A DNA stretch of 31,783 nucleotides. Origin: Macrostomum lignano. Its lineage: Eukaryota. Location of the stretch: contig NIVC01004910.1 of assembly GCA_002269645.1 (NCBI GenBank), positions 1 to 31,783 on the forward strand, in the 5' to 3' direction. The notes beneath the pieces are model-generated. The model was not told the origin of the DNA. It worked only from the letters and a program-made list of their open reading frames with translations, and ran no database searches. Shown in pieces: positions 30,866-31,783 of the stretch; within the stretch, counting starts at the first letter, position 1, and each line of letters opens with the position of its first letter. A program made the translations under genes and the position numbers.

Positions 30866-31783
30866 AACTACGCACAGCTTCGTGTTAAAAGGCACAGATA
30901 AAAATATTGAACTAATTGAATCAATTCATTGCGCAACCGATTTCACAGTCAGTCAGTATCAGCCTCAGGTAAAGTTAACAAAAGATTGCGCAATCTAAAT
31001 CAACCCTCCAATCCAGCAGCTAGTGAGAAGTTGAACCCTCCCCCCAACTTTATCTATTACGTCTTGCAAAACTGAGTAACAATATTTGCAAAAGTTAAAA
31101 GTATGGAAATAGTTTTCCAAATGCTGTGCTTTTTCTTTTCATAGTTAAAGCAAACAACTTATATCCCCGAACTCAGCGTTGCAAGATCTTGCCAGCAATA
31201 TAAGTTTCTCCTCTCAAAGTTTAAAACTCGAGGAACAGTTAGCGTTTGAAACTGTCTGATTATAGCATTGAAGTATCGAGTGTACGTTCACTGCCTGCTT
31301 GCAAGTTGATGCATTGAATTTCAATGTCCAACAAATACACAGGACTGCCCATTGATAGGCAGGAAAACTTATCAGTAGCCATATCATTGCGCAATTATCT
31401 ATAAAGTCAGCCAGTGAGCCAGGGTCCAATTGTACACACGCCGCCAATGAGAACGCGCCCATTCCCCCACAGGAGAGAAAAATGACTGCGACATAGGAAA
31501 AAGTTGTGGCGTAATCACTCAAAATTTATGCCAATTTTCAGCTCCGAGCAGAAAGAGGGACAATTAAGATTATCAAAGGTCAAGACCGCCGTTTTCTGCT
31601 TTTTTAGGGATCTTAAAATTGAAAATGAAAGATTAAAATAGCCTAAAGCCATCCTCGAAAATTTGCAGTTTTCCCATATAAGTTCCAATCTTCCCATATA
31701 AGTTTCAACGCTGAGTTGGCCACTATTCAAGGAGGAGTTGTCGAAAATGACAGACAGACACACAGACAGACAGACAAACAACG
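30862..31783 (-). mobile_element. Helitron-like element H14 (subfamily I/II chimera, runs off window)
   Basis: Subfamily I monomer, subfamily II segment ~31420-31684, then subfamily I end. Window stops just after the (GACA)n tract. Confidence 0.55.

Larger units (their letters stand above)
1..31783 (-). repeat. Composite tandem macrosatellite: head-to-tail Helitron-like elements alternating with a telomeric-repeat/minisatellite/CT-tract spacer
   Basis: The same landmarks recur in the same order and orientation about 13 times. Examples: GACTGATTGAAGATGCCAAATCCATCAA at 709, 5289, 7921, 10741, 12763, 19837, 23368, 26034, 28243, 30449 (one-base variant at 17798); CCCATATAAGTTTCAAC near every element 5' end. 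Confidence 0.97.

Noticed and set aside
30230-31783. Apparent excess of small indels in the last unit as accelerated decay
   Set aside because: Many are single-base or homopolymer changes that could be consensus errors. This cannot be judged without reads.

Overview
No protein-coding or RNA gene can be supported. The whole 31.8 kb is one direct-orientation eukaryotic tandem array of composite units, mostly ~2-3.7 kb and variable in length. Read on the minus strand, each unit has six parts. (1) A non-autonomous Helitron-like element of 0.9-1.8 kb: 5' TC(TA)nTATACTAAAG start, (TGTC)n microsatellite, 1-3 internal ~435-485 bp monomers, and a 16-nt palindrome followed by CTAA at the 3' end. (2) A short telomeric tract fused directly to that end ((TTAGGG)3-6 on the + strand). 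(3) A degenerate 30/20-bp minisatellite. (4) A complex homopurine/homopyrimidine tract, usually 0.7-1.1 kb. (5) A ~160-bp conserved block. (6) At the end of that block, a second hairpin (CTCCTCC-GAA-GGAGGAG) just before the next element's 5' end. I count 14 full or near-full elements, 3 fragments with intact 5' ends, 13 telomeric tracts and 12 CT tracts. All four places where the unit order is broken coincide with an element 5' end. This pattern (fixed 5' end, variable 3' end) is expected of rolling-circle concatemers with terminator read-through. Best hypothesis (inference, untested): a Helitron-driven macrosatellite that captured a telomeric/subtelomeric flank and a new terminator. All ORFs in the track look like compositional artefacts. 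Boundaries were read by eye and are approximate (a few bases at termini, tens of bases at CT-tract starts).
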